64,000 bases of DNA from Octopus vulgaris (lineage: Eukaryota): assembly GCA_951406725.2 (NCBI GenBank), contig OX597833.1, positions 16,120,001 to 16,184,000 of the forward strand, in the 5' to 3' direction. Positions 14,217 through 28,670 of the stretch are shown in pieces. Made by a program: the position numbers and the translations under genes. The notes under the pieces were generated by a model. That model was not told the DNA's origin. It searched no databases and saw only the letters and a list, made by a program, of their open reading frames with translations. Numbering within the stretch: the first letter of the stretch is position 1; each line of letters begins with the position of its first letter.

Positions 14217-14665
14217 AGCGGTGAGCTGGCAGGATCGTTAGCAAGTCGGGAAAAATGCCTCGTCTAGCTTAACGTTTCAGTTCAAATCCCACCAAGGTTA
14301 ACATTGCCTTTCATCCTCCTGGGGTTGATAAATTCAGTACCTATATTTTTACTACCCACAAGGGGCTAATCACAGAGAGGACAAACAAGGACAGACAAAC
14401 GGATTAAGTCGATTATATCGACTCCAGTGCGTAACTGGTACTTAATTTATCGAACCCGAAAGGATAAAAGGCAAAGTCGACCTCGGCGGAATTTGAACTC
14501 AGAACGTAACGGCAGACGAAATACCGCTCAGCATTTCGTCCGGCGCGCTAACGTTTCTGAGAGCTCGCCGCCTTGATAAAATCAGTACCATTTGATCACT
14601 GGGGTCGATAAGATCGACTTACCCCTTTCCCCCAAAATTGCTGACCTTGTGTCAAAATTTGAAAA
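14217..14665. mobile_element. Nested SINE-B: a reverse tail-1 copy (about 14340-14573) inside a forward tail-2 copy
   Basis: The forward copy breaks at ttgataaattcagtacc and resumes at ttgataaaatcagtacc (TSD-like). Confidence 0.7.
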
Positions 14666-14954
14666 TACTCTTAATATCACTCAACCTAAACAATTCTCGA
14701 CTTTCCGCGTAGATAAAGATCAATGAAACACTCCACTTACTTACAAACTGACGACCTATCGACTCCTTATGCTAAACATTCCACTTACAAATACTTCTTT
14801 CGTCCTTGCAGCCCATATTCTAAAGCGGTGGTTCTCAACCAATTTTATTCTATCGCTCCCTTTGATTCCTGCCTTATTCTACTGGACCTCTATAGCTATT
14901 GGATGTATATAAAATATCATCTTACTATGTTCTTATAATTTCGTATTTACTCAT

Positions 14955-15355
14955 AATCTTTTACTTGTTTGTCATTTGACTGCGGCCATGCTGGAGCACT
15001 GCATTTAGTCGAGCAATTCGACCCGGGGACTTATTCTTCGAAAGCCTAGTATTTATTCTTTCGGTCTCTTTTGCCGAACCGCTAAGTTACGGGGACGTAA
15101 ACACACCAATATCAAGCGATATTGGGGGGACAAACACAGGCACACAAACATATACACACATACACATATACATATATATATATATATACATATATACGAC
15201 GGGCTTCTTTCAGTTTCCGTCTACCAAGTCCACTGACCAGGTCTTGGTCGGCCGGAGGCTATAGTTGAAGACACTTGCCCAAGGTGCCACGCAGTGGGAA
15301 TGAACCCGGAACCATGTGGTTAGTAAGCAAGCTACTTACCACACAGCCACTCCTG
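14955..15355 (-). mobile_element. SINE-A, full length
   Basis: Reverse complement of the SINE-A sequence. Confidence 0.85.
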
Positions 15356-15426
15356 AATTGTATAAAAAGTTACAATATTTTGTTGCATTGTAGAAGAATG
15401 ATCAATTTATTGTTCATAAATTTTAT

Positions 15427-15589
15427 AGGCGCAAGAGTGGTTATGTAGTAAGTAGATTGCTTACCAACCACATCGTTCCGGGTTCAGTCCCACTGCGTGG
15501 CATCTTGAGTATGTGTATTCTACTATAGCCTCGGACCGACCAAAGCCTTGCGAGTGGATTTGGTAGACGGAAACTGAAAGAAGCCCGTC

Positions 15590-15620
<31 letters not shown>

Positions 15621-15623
15621 TAT

Positions 15624-15681
<58 letters not shown>

Positions 15682-15875
15682 GTGTGTGTGTATGTATGTG
15701 TGTCTGTGTTTGGCACCCCAACATCGCTTGACAACCGATGCTGGTGTATTTACGTCCCCGTAATCTAGCGGTTCGGCGAGAGAGACCGATAGAATAAGTA
15801 CTAGGTTTTGCTCGACTAAAGGCGATTTTCCAGCATGGCCGCAGTCAAATAACTGAAACAAATAAAAGAGAAGAA
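15427..15875 (+). mobile_element. SINE-A, full length
   Basis: Matches SINE-A, with internal (TA)n/(GATA)n. Confidence 0.85.
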
Positions 15876-16304
15876 CAAAACATTATACGAACGCCAAAGG
15901 CCACTGTTGTAAAGGCTCTGTGTTAACAAATGCTTAAAAGCATTATGTTTCGTGAATAGATGTGGTAAGCAGTGACTAACAGCAATGAAACTAAACGCCA
16001 TTTCAGATACGTTTGTCATACCAGTTCAAATATATTTGATCGCTTTAGTTTGTCATGAAGAAAAAAACATATTTGAGATTACATGAAACAGCTTTAAAGC
16101 AACGTAACTCAGAGCGTCCCTTTAGGACCGGTGGATATATGTATATCGAACATAAGCGGGAATTTTCCTCCATGACGCATTGCATTGTAAAGCCTTTTAG
16201 GATTTCAAAGACCTCTGAAAATATTTGAACTAGTTCTAAGTCTATTGTAATTCTTTCTATTTTTCGAATACATTGCAATTTTTTTGGCACAAATGTAGCA
16301 ATTT

Positions 16305-16720
16305 TGAGAGGAGAAATTGATTACATCGTCTCAAGTATTCAACTGGAATTTATTTTTATGGACCCCGAGGGGATCACAGGCAAAGCCGACCTCGATGGTA
16401 TACGAACACAAAGGTGGCGAGCTGGCAGAATCGTTTGCTCGCCGAGCGAAATGCCTAGCGGTATTTCGTCTGCCGCTGCGTTCTGAGTTCAAATTCCACC
16501 GAGGTCGACTTTGCCTTTCATCCTTTCGGGGTAAATTAAATAAGTACCAGTTACGCACTGGCGTCGGTATAATCGACTTAATCCGTTTGTATATACTTGT
16601 TTGTCCTCTCTGTGTTTAGCCCCTTGTGGGTAGTAAAGAAACAGGTATACGAACACAGAATGTAAAGCCGAAAGAAATGTACCTAAGCATTCTATCCAGC
16701 GTGCTAACGGATCTCCAGTT
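16305..16720. mobile_element. Nested SINE-B: a forward tail-1 copy (about 16412-16643) inside an older reverse copy
   Basis: ggtatacgaacaca is duplicated at about 16397 and 16644 (TSD). Confidence 0.7.
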
Positions 16721-17726
16721 TGCCATTTTCATTAAATTCATTATAACGCTGCTTGAAACGAAGTGATTGAAATGTAAATATACAATATATATAGAAGAAC
16801 AACTTTTTCCTACATTAACCATATCAACCTGAAGTCTTATTCTCAATCCATCTTTCACGGTCTTACAATTTCATTTACGTGAAGACATGGCCATTCAGGC
16901 AGATAATTGCTTAACTGAGCGATAATGTCCAATTTATTGAGCTGCTGTTAAAACTAGGGCAGCAGGTGTAAAAAACAGGACAGTTTCAATTTAATAAAGT
17001 GGATTCATTTCAAATCTTTTCAAATTAGGTTACAATCAACATCGTTAAATTTTTGATCAGAAACTTCCAAAAACTGACATCATTTTATATAAATTTCTCG
17101 GTGGGGGGGGGGGCATAAATCTAGTAACACGACCTTTATTATCAAATCGAAACTAATTTTTAGAGTAAGCCTAATTCCTATTCAATTAAGACATGTCTAA
17201 TTCATATCTTCATCACATAAAATATATTCCTCTCTCTCTCTCCATTTTAAATGTCATTCAAAATATCATCCCCTTGTTTGCACAAAACACTTTAAATCAA
17301 TCAAACTTTTTCGACCATATATCCGAGTCAACAACTGAAATCAAGCAAAGCAAATTACTTCACTTTCCACGCGATTTATTCACGAGAAATAAAATTTAAA
17401 CAGCAACACGTTTTTCTGAGACCATCCCACTCTTTCTAACGGATTTGCTTCAGTTCTGTTATTTTTTCCAAATACACAAACCAATGACTTTAATTTCTAC
17501 TCTTTTAAAGTGGCCCTTTTTGTTCGGCGCTTTTGGTTCACTGGTGGTATCCCCTTCACTTTTCCATTAGCCACGCTTTCCTGACATCTTTCTACTCTCT
17601 CTCCCTCCCTCTCTCTCTCTCTGTCTCTCTCTCTCTCTCTCTGTCTCTCTCTCATTCTGTCTCTCACATCTCCCCTGCACTTATTACCAACATTATAAAT
17701 GCAAAATTTCTTCAAACATCAACAAA

Positions 17727-17886
17727 TAGGAGCAGGCATGGTTTGGGGTTAAGAAGTTTGCTAGCAACCATGTGATTTTGGGTTCATTCCCAAGGCCCGG
17801 CATACTGAGCCACGTGTCTTCTACTACACCTTGAGGCGACCAATTGTTTGTGAGTGAATTTGGCGGGCGGAAACTCTGCATATCAA

Positions 17887-17973
<87 letters not shown>

Positions 17974-18210
17974 TGCGTCAGTGTGCGTGCCTGTGTTTGT
18001 GTTTGTCCCCCAGCACCGCTTGATGACCAATGTTGGTTTGTATATGTCCTACTTTCTTGGGGGTTTCTAGAAAAGGAACCTATACAATAAGCACCAAACT
18101 TTAAAACACAAATAAATAGCTAGTGGGATCTATTTGCTTGGCTACAATCATACAAGCTGTTATCCCAGCACGAACGCATTCCAATGACTGAAACAAGGTA
18201 CCAAGAATAA
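17727..18210 (+). mobile_element. SINE-A, old diverged
   Basis: tgtcttctactacacc...gtgagtgaatttggcgggcggaaact...aatgactgaaacaag. Confidence 0.6.
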
Positions 18211-18259
18211 AAGGGCAAAACTAAGTTACTCAATTCGTTTGATGATTATTAGGAACTAT

Positions 18260-18650
18260 GGATGGAAGCACTCCGTCGGTTACAACGATGAGGGTTCCGG
18301 TTGATCCGAATCAAAGGAACAGCCTGCTCGTGAAATTAACGTGTAAGTGGCTGAGCACTCCACAGACACGTGTACCCTTAACGTAGTTCTCGGGGATATT
18401 CAGCGTGACACAGAGAGTGACAAGGCCGGCCCTTTGAAATACAGGTACAACAGAAACAGGAAGTAAGAGTGAAAGAAAGTTGTGGTGAAAGAGTACAGCA
18501 GGGATCACCAACATCCCCTGCCGGAGCGTCGTGGAGCTTTAGGCGTTTTCGCTCAATAAACACACACATCGCCCGGTCTGGGAATCGAAACCGCGATCCT
18601 ACGACCGCGAGTCCGCTGCCCTAACCACTGGGCCATTGCGCCTCCACATA
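18260..18650 (-). mobile_element. SINE-C with tail gamma, 9-bp TSD
   Basis: Head (reverse complement) tgtggaggcgcaatggcccagtggttagggcagcggactcgc; TSD aggaactat at 18251-18259 and 18651-18659. Confidence 0.8.
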
Positions 18651-18666
18651 AGGAACTATAATAGAT

Positions 18667-19083
18667 GTAGGAATGGCTGTGTGGTAAGTAGCTTGCGTAC
18701 GAACAACATGGTTCCGGGTTCAGTCCCACTCCATGGCAACTTGGGTAACTGTTTTCTACTATAAGCCTCGGGCCCACCAAAGCCTAATGAGTAGATTTGG
18801 CAGACAGAAACTGAAAGAAGCCCGTCGTATATATGTATATATATATGTATATATGTATGTATATATGTATGTGTGTGTATATGTTTGTGTGTCTGTGTTT
18901 GTCTCCCCAACATCGCTTGACAACCGATGCTGGAGTGTTTACGTCCCCGTAACTTAGTGGTTCGGCAAAAGCAAGATAGGATAAGGACTAGGCTTACAAA
19001 GAATAAGTCCTGGGGTCGATTTGCTCGACAAAAGGCGGTGCTCCAGCATGGCCACAGTCACATGATTGAAACAAGTAAAAGAG
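18667..19083 (+). mobile_element. SINE-A, full length
   Basis: Matches SINE-A. Confidence 0.85.
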
Positions 19084-19207
19084 TGTAAGACTATAATGTT
19101 AAGTTTTCAATGATTTACAAAATATATTGCACTCTAATTCAGTATTGAGTTCTTCATTCTGGTTGCTACATTCCAGTATGGTTATATATATAAATATACA
19201 TATATGC

Positions 19208-19275
<68 letters not shown>

Positions 19276-19295
<20 letters not shown>

Positions 19296-19600
19296 TAAGT
19301 AATTAAGGGTTTAGCAACGAATTGCCTCACCAACACACCGAATTTAGAAATAGCAGTCAAAGAGATATAGCTATTCCTTCTACTAAAAGGGGGATCTCAG
19401 TAAAAACACAGCACTTGAAAGGCAAACACAGACAGGTAAGAAAGAAAGAATGAAATGACGGCAATCTATCATGCAATTTTAAGTTACCTACGGACGTACG
19501 TTTCGAGATCAAGTTTTAGGATAGCATAAGAATTAGAAAATTCTACTTTACCCAAACTTCTTCTCTCATCGGCGCAGGATACCACAATTATGAATAATTG
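19276..19600 (-). mobile_element. Penelope-like terminal fragment carrying a hammerhead
   Basis: Hammerhead fold at 19487-19578; the 3' end runs into (TA)n. Confidence 0.55.
19487..19578 (-). ncRNA. Type I hammerhead ribozyme motif, best-formed in the window
   Basis: Reverse complement: cctgcg-CCGATGA-gaga...tctc-GAAA-cgtacg-TC-cgtagg; 6-bp stem I, palindromic helix III, GUC site; one core change (U4C). Confidence 0.75.
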
Positions 19601-19708
19601 TATATTAAATTTTGAGATACTAGAATGCATCATCTCAACTCAGTGTCAGAGCGAGCCAAAGCATGACCAGTACCACGAAATTCAAAGTTTGAATGAAAGT
19701 TTGTGTCA

Positions 19709-19753
<45 letters not shown>

Positions 19754-19781
19754 CATATATATGCATATATGCATATCAACG

Positions 19782-20068
19782 TGACCACCATGACCGACCA
19801 TGCTATCAGATGTTGTTACATATCGCTGGTCACAATGCGCTTCGCATTGTTTTAGCATTCAAAGGACGCCACCCAGCTGGCTAAGTGAGCAGGTCAACAG
19901 AAGAACGCATGAGAGTACAGCAGGGATCGCTACCACCCCCGGCCGGATCTCGTGGAGCTTTTAGGTTTTTTCGCTCAGTAAACACTCACAACGCCCGGTC
20001 TGGGAATCGAAACTGCGATCCTACGACCGCGAGTCCGCTGCCCTAACCACTGAGCCATTGCGCCTCCA

Positions 20069-20070
<2 letters not shown>
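19782..20070 (-). mobile_element. SINE-C with tail alpha
   Basis: Reverse complement of the 5801-6100 type. Confidence 0.8.
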
Positions 20071-20167
<97 letters not shown>

Positions 20168-20353
20168 AGATAGGGGTTGTAAATTCAACCCTCCATGGGA
20201 TAACATATATCCAATATACTGCTAGAGAAGTACCCAACAAAGCTAATACATAAATGGTAAAAATTGCGATGCAATTAATTCATTTACTGTATTATATGGG
20301 CAAAGGTAAAATTATTTTTACCGTAAATTAATAATACAAAATGAGAAAATGGA

Positions 20354-22635
<2,282 letters not shown>

Positions 22636-23164
22636 TAGCGTATTCACTATCAAGAGATTCAATTACCATCTGCAATCATGGCCTGAAGTAGCGTATTAGA
22701 ATGAAATGAAAAGAAATTTAGGAGTCGTATTCCGCTAATGTTGTAAGAAATTATCAAGTCAAGAGTTTTTAAGCATCATTCACGATACCTTATTGAATTC
22801 TATGAGACTCCTGAATAAAAACCTGAAAAAAAAAGCATTTGGATTTTGATATACATACATGTGTATGTGCGTGTGTGTATGTGTCATGCATATTATATAT
22901 ACTATTCATATCATATATACACATATATGAGTGTATGTGTGTGTGTTCTTTTTCTCTTTTTAATTTAGCATGATTGTGAAGGAAATTATCGTGTTTTAAT
23001 CATCATTCTTTGAATCTTAAGGAAGCCTTGCAGATTTTTATAGTCCAAAATATCGTGTATGTCTGCATCTACGTATATATGTATGTCTCTATTCCAATTA
23101 TGTAGGCCTGCATGTATGTATGCATGTATGTATGTATTTATGTTTGTGTGTATATATGTGTATC

Positions 23165-23573
23165 TCATTTACTCATTTACTTGTTTCAGTCATCTGAGTG
23201 TGGCCATGCTGGAGCACCGCCTTTTGTCGAGGAAATCGACCGCAAGACTTGTTCTTTGTAAGCCTAGTACTTATTCTATCGGTCTCTTTTTTGCCGAACT
23301 GCTAAGTTTCGGGGACGTAAACACACCAGCATCGGTTGTCAAGCGATGTTGGGGGGGGGGGGGACAAACACAACACACAAACATACACATATATATATAT
23401 ACATACATACGACGGGCTTTTTTCAGTTTCCGTCTACTAAATCCACTCACAAGGCTTTGGTCGGCCCGAGGCTATAGTAGAAGACACTTGCCCAAGGTGC
23501 CACGCAGTGGGACTGAACCCGGAACCATGTGGTTGGTAAGCAAGCTACTTACCACAGAGCCACTCCTACGCCT
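23165..23573 (-). mobile_element. SINE-A, full length
   Basis: Reverse complement of SINE-A. Confidence 0.85.
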
Positions 23574-23704
23574 ATATATGTATATAATTCTCTAACAAGG
23601 ATAGTATTGACAAGGATATCGATGTTTCGATCTACTGAGCTATGATCGGCCTTCCAAAACTTCGAAGATACTATCAATATCATTCTTGTTAAAGAAATAT
23701 AAAA

Positions 23705-23957
23705 ATTACGGAGATGTACTTACGTAGCAAGTGACTTGATCTGAGATCGTGTGCTGGAACGAAAACAATTGCGTCGCTTTGAGACCGCGACCTGTTCACT
23801 GACAAAACTCTGAGATGCAGCACGAAGTTTTGTCAGTGAACAGGTCGTGGTCTCAAAGCGACGAAAATATTTTGACAAATTAAATTTAAATGTTGAAGTG
23901 AATCTAACGATTTTTGTGTGTTTCTTAAATGGCTTATAAACACCTTATACGCTGCAA
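23705..23957. mobile_element. Foldback/MITE-like palindromic element, partly deleted
   Basis: Arms cgtcgctttgagaccgcgacctgttcactgacaaaact / agttttgtcagtgaacaggtcgtggtctcaaagcgacg; related copy at 61401-62036. Confidence 0.7.
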
Positions 23958-24033
23958 ATATAAAAATGTACTTTACAAGAAGTTCAGTTTCATGAAAATT
24001 GCTATTATAACGAAGCCTAAAACAAACATTAAA

Positions 24034-24148
<115 letters not shown>

Positions 24149-24310
24149 TGCGTGTGTACATGTATGGTGATGCGAACAGGAAAATACAACTCGAAATATG
24201 AGTATACATGTATTTTTAATAATATTTAGCGGAAGCCATAGAGTGACACAAATGCCGAGACTTCGATAAATGCTAACGCACGAAACTCTCGGACCGTGAG
24301 TCACTTTATT

Positions 24311-24634
24311 ATTTTTATTATTATTTATGCGTCTTTTTCAAGCCTAGCCAGGCTCTTGGGCCCGATCTCCCGGTTTCTGTGGTTTATGTGTTCTCCCCGA
24401 GCTGGATGGGACGCCAGTCGATCGCAGCGTTACTCAAGAAACAGGAAGAAACAGTGAGAGAAAGTTGGGGCGAAAGAGTACAACAGGGGTCTCCCCCTCC
24501 TCCGCCTACCGGAGCCTCGTGGAGCTTTAGGTATTTAGGCTCAATAAACACACATATAACACCCGGTCTGGGAATCGAAACCTGATCCTCCGATCGTGAG
24601 TCCGCTACCCTAACCATTGGGCCATTACGCCACC
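24311..24634 (-). mobile_element. SINE-C with a beta-type tail, 13-bp TSD
   Basis: TSD gagtcactttatt at 24298-24310 and 24635-24647. Confidence 0.8.
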
Positions 24635-24904
24635 GAGTCACTTTATTGCTTTTGTTAAATATACATACATACATACATACATACATACATACATACATAC
24701 ATACATACATACATACATACATACGTATGTATGCATGTATGTATGCATGCATGCTCTTCTCTTTGTAATTTAGAATAAATTTTGACCGAACGCCTCCTCG
24801 GTAGCAAGGTTGTGAAGGAGTCCTCAACCTTTAAATCTAAATCTTAAGAAAGTCTTGCAGATCTTTATAGTCTCAGGTAACGTGAACATCTGAAGCATAG
24901 GATT

Positions 24905-24997
24905 TACTCTTTTTACTCATTTACTCTTCTACTTGTTTCAGTCATATGACTGTAGCCATGCTGGAGCACCGCCTTTAGTTGAGCAAATCAACCCCAG
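24905..24997 (-). mobile_element. SINE-A 3' end fragment
   Basis: ttcagtcatatgactgtagccatgctggagcaccgcctttag. Confidence 0.75.
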
Positions 24998-25080
24998 TGC
25001 GGGATCGATGCTAAATGTGTCGAAACAATTGTCGTGATTAATAAAAATTCTTGTATCTCCAATCTTCTGTCTTTCATTCA

Positions 25081-25149
<69 letters not shown>

Positions 25150-25292
25150 AAAGATAAAACTTACTTGGAAGAGTATGCGTGGCATTCAGTCATATAATAA
25201 TACAATATATATATATATATACTTAATGTAGAACGATGAAAATGTGTGATCAACACTGCATTGGTGGATAGATTTCATTATTCATGAATTAA

Positions 25293-25359
25293 GGCTACCA
25301 TTGGTTTCACGCTAAGACAAGTAGGAAAATATCCTAGATTCTTAACCATTTTTCAAGCC
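25293..25359 (-). ncRNA. Type I hammerhead motif with U3-A8 variant core
   Basis: Reverse complement: ggc-TTGAAAA-atggttaaga..tagga/tccta..tcttagcgt-GAAA-cc aat gg-TA-gcc. Confidence 0.6.
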
Positions 25360-25536
25360 GATCACATAGTATATACTGTGTTGGAAGGGTATCGTAGTGT
25401 TACATGAAGGACACAGATGAAGGTTCAGAAACTTCTTGCTGAACAATTTGCACAGATAATTTGTTTATTGTGATCAAATGTTTGTGCTATACGTCAGGTC
25501 ACTTCTTCCATTAAATCGACAATTATTTTGTTTTCT

Positions 25537-25687
25537 CTCCTGATGAAGGAAGCCTGTCTTAGCATAATGTCTCTATGCGACCATCTGTCTGCTGTTTGCA
25601 TGTATTTGACTTTATGCACATTCTGTTTACTAATTATGAACATTACAGTTATTATGTAATTCCAGTCCCCCAGAAACAGTTGCCGAG
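25537..25687 (+). ncRNA. Degenerate type I hammerhead motif with a long stem II region
   Basis: ctc-CTGATGA-agg...(about 125 nt)...ccca-GAAA-cagttg-cc-gag; the cleavage triplet is mutated. Confidence 0.4.
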
Positions 25688-25833
25688 TTAAAAATACTAT
25701 ACATTCTCTCCTTAGTATTCTATATTTTCATGGTCCGTGTAAATGTAACTTACTTGTCTCTATATCTATATATACTTGTATGTATTTAGTTGTTAGACTT
25801 GAATATATTTAGCTGTTTCTATTTACACATATT

Positions 25834-25887
<54 letters not shown>

Positions 25888-25902
25888 TGCTTATATATAT
25901 GT

Positions 25903-25940
<38 letters not shown>

Positions 25941-26211
25941 TTATATATACATATATATATATGTATGTATGTATGTATGCATGCATGTATGTATGTACGT
26001 ATGTATGTGCGTATTTATATGTGTATATGTATATATGTATATCTATATTTATCAAACCTCTTCTTGTTTATCTGCATCACTGTCTCCATATCAGCTCACC
26101 TGAATATCTCTTTTAATTACTCTTTGCTGCAGGGTCGTGTTCTTCGATAAAGACTTCGGAATTTAAGTACAAATTATTTGAACACATACAGAGAAATATG
26201 CTCAAACTCAT

Positions 26212-26256
<45 letters not shown>

Positions 26257-26504
26257 GAGAGAGACAGAGAGACGGAGACAGAAAGACAGAGAATCGGAAG
26301 GATAACAAAAGAAACATGTGAACGAGAGAAATATCAGAACATTTCATGTCAACTGAACGCAGCGTGTCATACACATAAAGAGACATATGTTCACACGCAG
26401 AAGCACAATGAGAGAGAGAGAGAAAAAAGACGGGAGGAGAGGACGACAGAAGCATTAAAGGGAGAGAAACACGAGAACGCTTCTTGACAAATACATCAGT
26501 GTCG

Positions 26505-26957
26505 GATTAAAGGTAGAGGGTAGCGAACTTCTTCACTACTACAGGGAGTGACGACCCTGCCTGACACGAGTTCCGGGCTCAGCTGGCTCCGGCTGACAAT
26601 ACCCGGTATGGGCCCCTATCCAGGGTTATGGAAAGGAGACAACCTTCAAAGAAATCCGGAGTGGAGCCCCGAAGGCGGTCTAGTGTTCGACTCGACACTC
26701 TTCCGGCAGCTCCTGCAACCAAGCTGGTGCCAAACCTAATACACTGCACTCCTTTGGACTACATCAGCAAGGTCGAGAGAGAAAACCTGACGATTGGGCT
26801 ACCCAGGACTTTCTTATCTCTAGCCCAGGCCTGCGCAAAATTGGAGAGGACACTTCAGTGCTGCTGTAAAAAGCTGCAGAAACAACACGGGAGGTAACAT
26901 ACTTTATGCGCAACTCCATTGTCTCCCGAGACAAAAAGGATGCCAGCCAACCAACCA
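26505..26957 (+). mobile_element. Bipartite non-autonomous RTE-derived element, 12-bp TSD
   Basis: TSD acatcagtgtcg at 26493-26504 and 26958-26969; 3' end tactttatgcgcaactccattgtctcccgagacaaaaaggatgcca is identical to the RTE 3' end at about 7502-7548 (minus); GC-rich 5' part resembles RTE 5'UTRs. Confidence 0.8.
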
Positions 26958-27578
26958 ACATCAGTGTCGAACCAGAGACGTCAAAATGGCGGCGCTAAAA
27001 CTGCTATGACAAAACGTCTCATACCAGAAATTACAAAGAAAACAGCTCGAGATTTTTTCAGGATGATAAATCGATATTACTTTCCATGCAGCAATATTAT
27101 CAACGTGAGCTGTGTGTTGTTGGTTTCAGCCATGAATCATGTGCTGCTTCTATTACTGGTTAAATTAACTTTAGCAACCGAATTACTGATAAATTTACTG
27201 ATATAAGTTTACAGAAAGTATAGAAGTAGACGACAAATTAGCTACAAATTGTATTACGATTTACTAATTTAAATGTCTATTTTTGTGCTGAAGCAGACCA
27301 TATATCTTTTATGCCGGATCGTTATGCTTTAGACACTTTGTCACTGATTTTAGCTGTATATAATATTTGTTCTGTCGAAAGTAAAAACAACTTTGAAACC
27401 TGAAGGAAAGAAGCTGGGTATTTCAGTTCTAAATACAGGGTGTTCAGAAAAATGAAAGCCGAGTTAGTAACAAATCGAATTGATTTCGATCAAGGGTCAG
27501 CTGGGTATGAGTTGAATTTGAAGTGAACAGCAACTACAACAACAAAAATATGCAGATAACATACAAAACAACAACAAT

Positions 27579-27582
<4 letters not shown>

Positions 27583-27652
<70 letters not shown>

Positions 27653-27981
27653 AAGAAGAAGAAGAAGAAGAAGAAGAAGAAGATGATCGTGATGATGATG
27701 ATGATGATGATGAAGATGATGATGATGGAGATGAAGAAGAAGAAGAAGAAGAAGAAGAAGAAGATGATCGTGATGATGATGATGATGATGATGAAGATGA
27801 TGATGATGGAGATGAAGAAGAAGAAGAAGAAGAAGAAGAAGATGATCGTGATGATGATGATGATGATGATGATGAAGATGATGATGATGGAGATGAAGAA
27901 GAAGAAGAAGAAGAAGATGCTCATGATGATGATGATGATGATGAAGATGAAGAAGAAGAAGAAGAAAATGAAGAAGAAGAA

Positions 27982-28014
<33 letters not shown>

Positions 28015-28278
28015 GAAGAAGAAGAAGAAGAAGAAGAAGAAGAAGAAGAAGAAGATGATCGTGATGATGATGATGATGATGATGATGAAGATGATGATGA
28101 TGGAGATGAAGAAGAAGAAGAAGAAGAAGAAGAAGAAGATGATCGTGATGATGATGATGATGATGATGAAGATGATGATGATGGAGATGAAGAAGAAGAA
28201 GAAGAAGAAGAAGATGATCATGATGATGATGATGATGAAGATGAAGAAGAAGAAGAAGAAAATGAAGAAGAAGAAGAA

Positions 28279-28320
<42 letters not shown>

Positions 28321-28409
28321 GAAGAAGAAGAAGAAGAAGAAGAAGAAGAAGAAGAAGAAGAAGAAGAAGAAGAAGAAGAAGAAAAAGAAGAAGAAGAAGA
28401 ACAAGAACA

Positions 28410-28462
<53 letters not shown>
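27583..28462. repeat. Compound (AAT)n-(GAA)n/(GAT)n-(ATT)n microsatellite with higher-order units
   Basis: Recurring gatgatcgtgat...ggagatgaagaa unit of about 66-72 bp. Confidence 0.9.
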
Positions 28463-28463
<1 letters not shown>

Positions 28464-28670
28464 TCTACTCTAGGCATAAGGCCTTGAAAATTTTGGGGGA
28501 AGGGGACTAGTCGATTACATCGACCCCTGTGCTTAACTGGTTCTGACTTCATTGACCCCGAAAGGATGAAAAGCAAAGTCGACCTCGGTGAAATTTGAAC
28601 TCAGAACGTAAAGGCGGATTAAATGACGCTAAGCATTTTGTCCGACGTGCAAACGATTTTGGCAGCTCGC
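28460..28670 (-). mobile_element. SINE-B with tail 2
   Basis: tttctactctaggcataaggccttgaaaatttt plus the SINE-B body. Confidence 0.8.

Noticed and set aside
18570-18648. tRNA gene
   Set aside because: The tRNA-like sequence continues into a SINE body bounded by TSDs; all tRNA-like hits here are SINE heads.
26505-26630. HDV-like ribozyme in the RTE-like 5'UTR
   Set aside because: Hairpins are possible but I could not identify the nested double pseudoknot by eye; left as a check.
27490-28576. Poly-F/I, poly-H/L and poly-M/K ORFs
   Set aside because: Trinucleotide microsatellite read-through.
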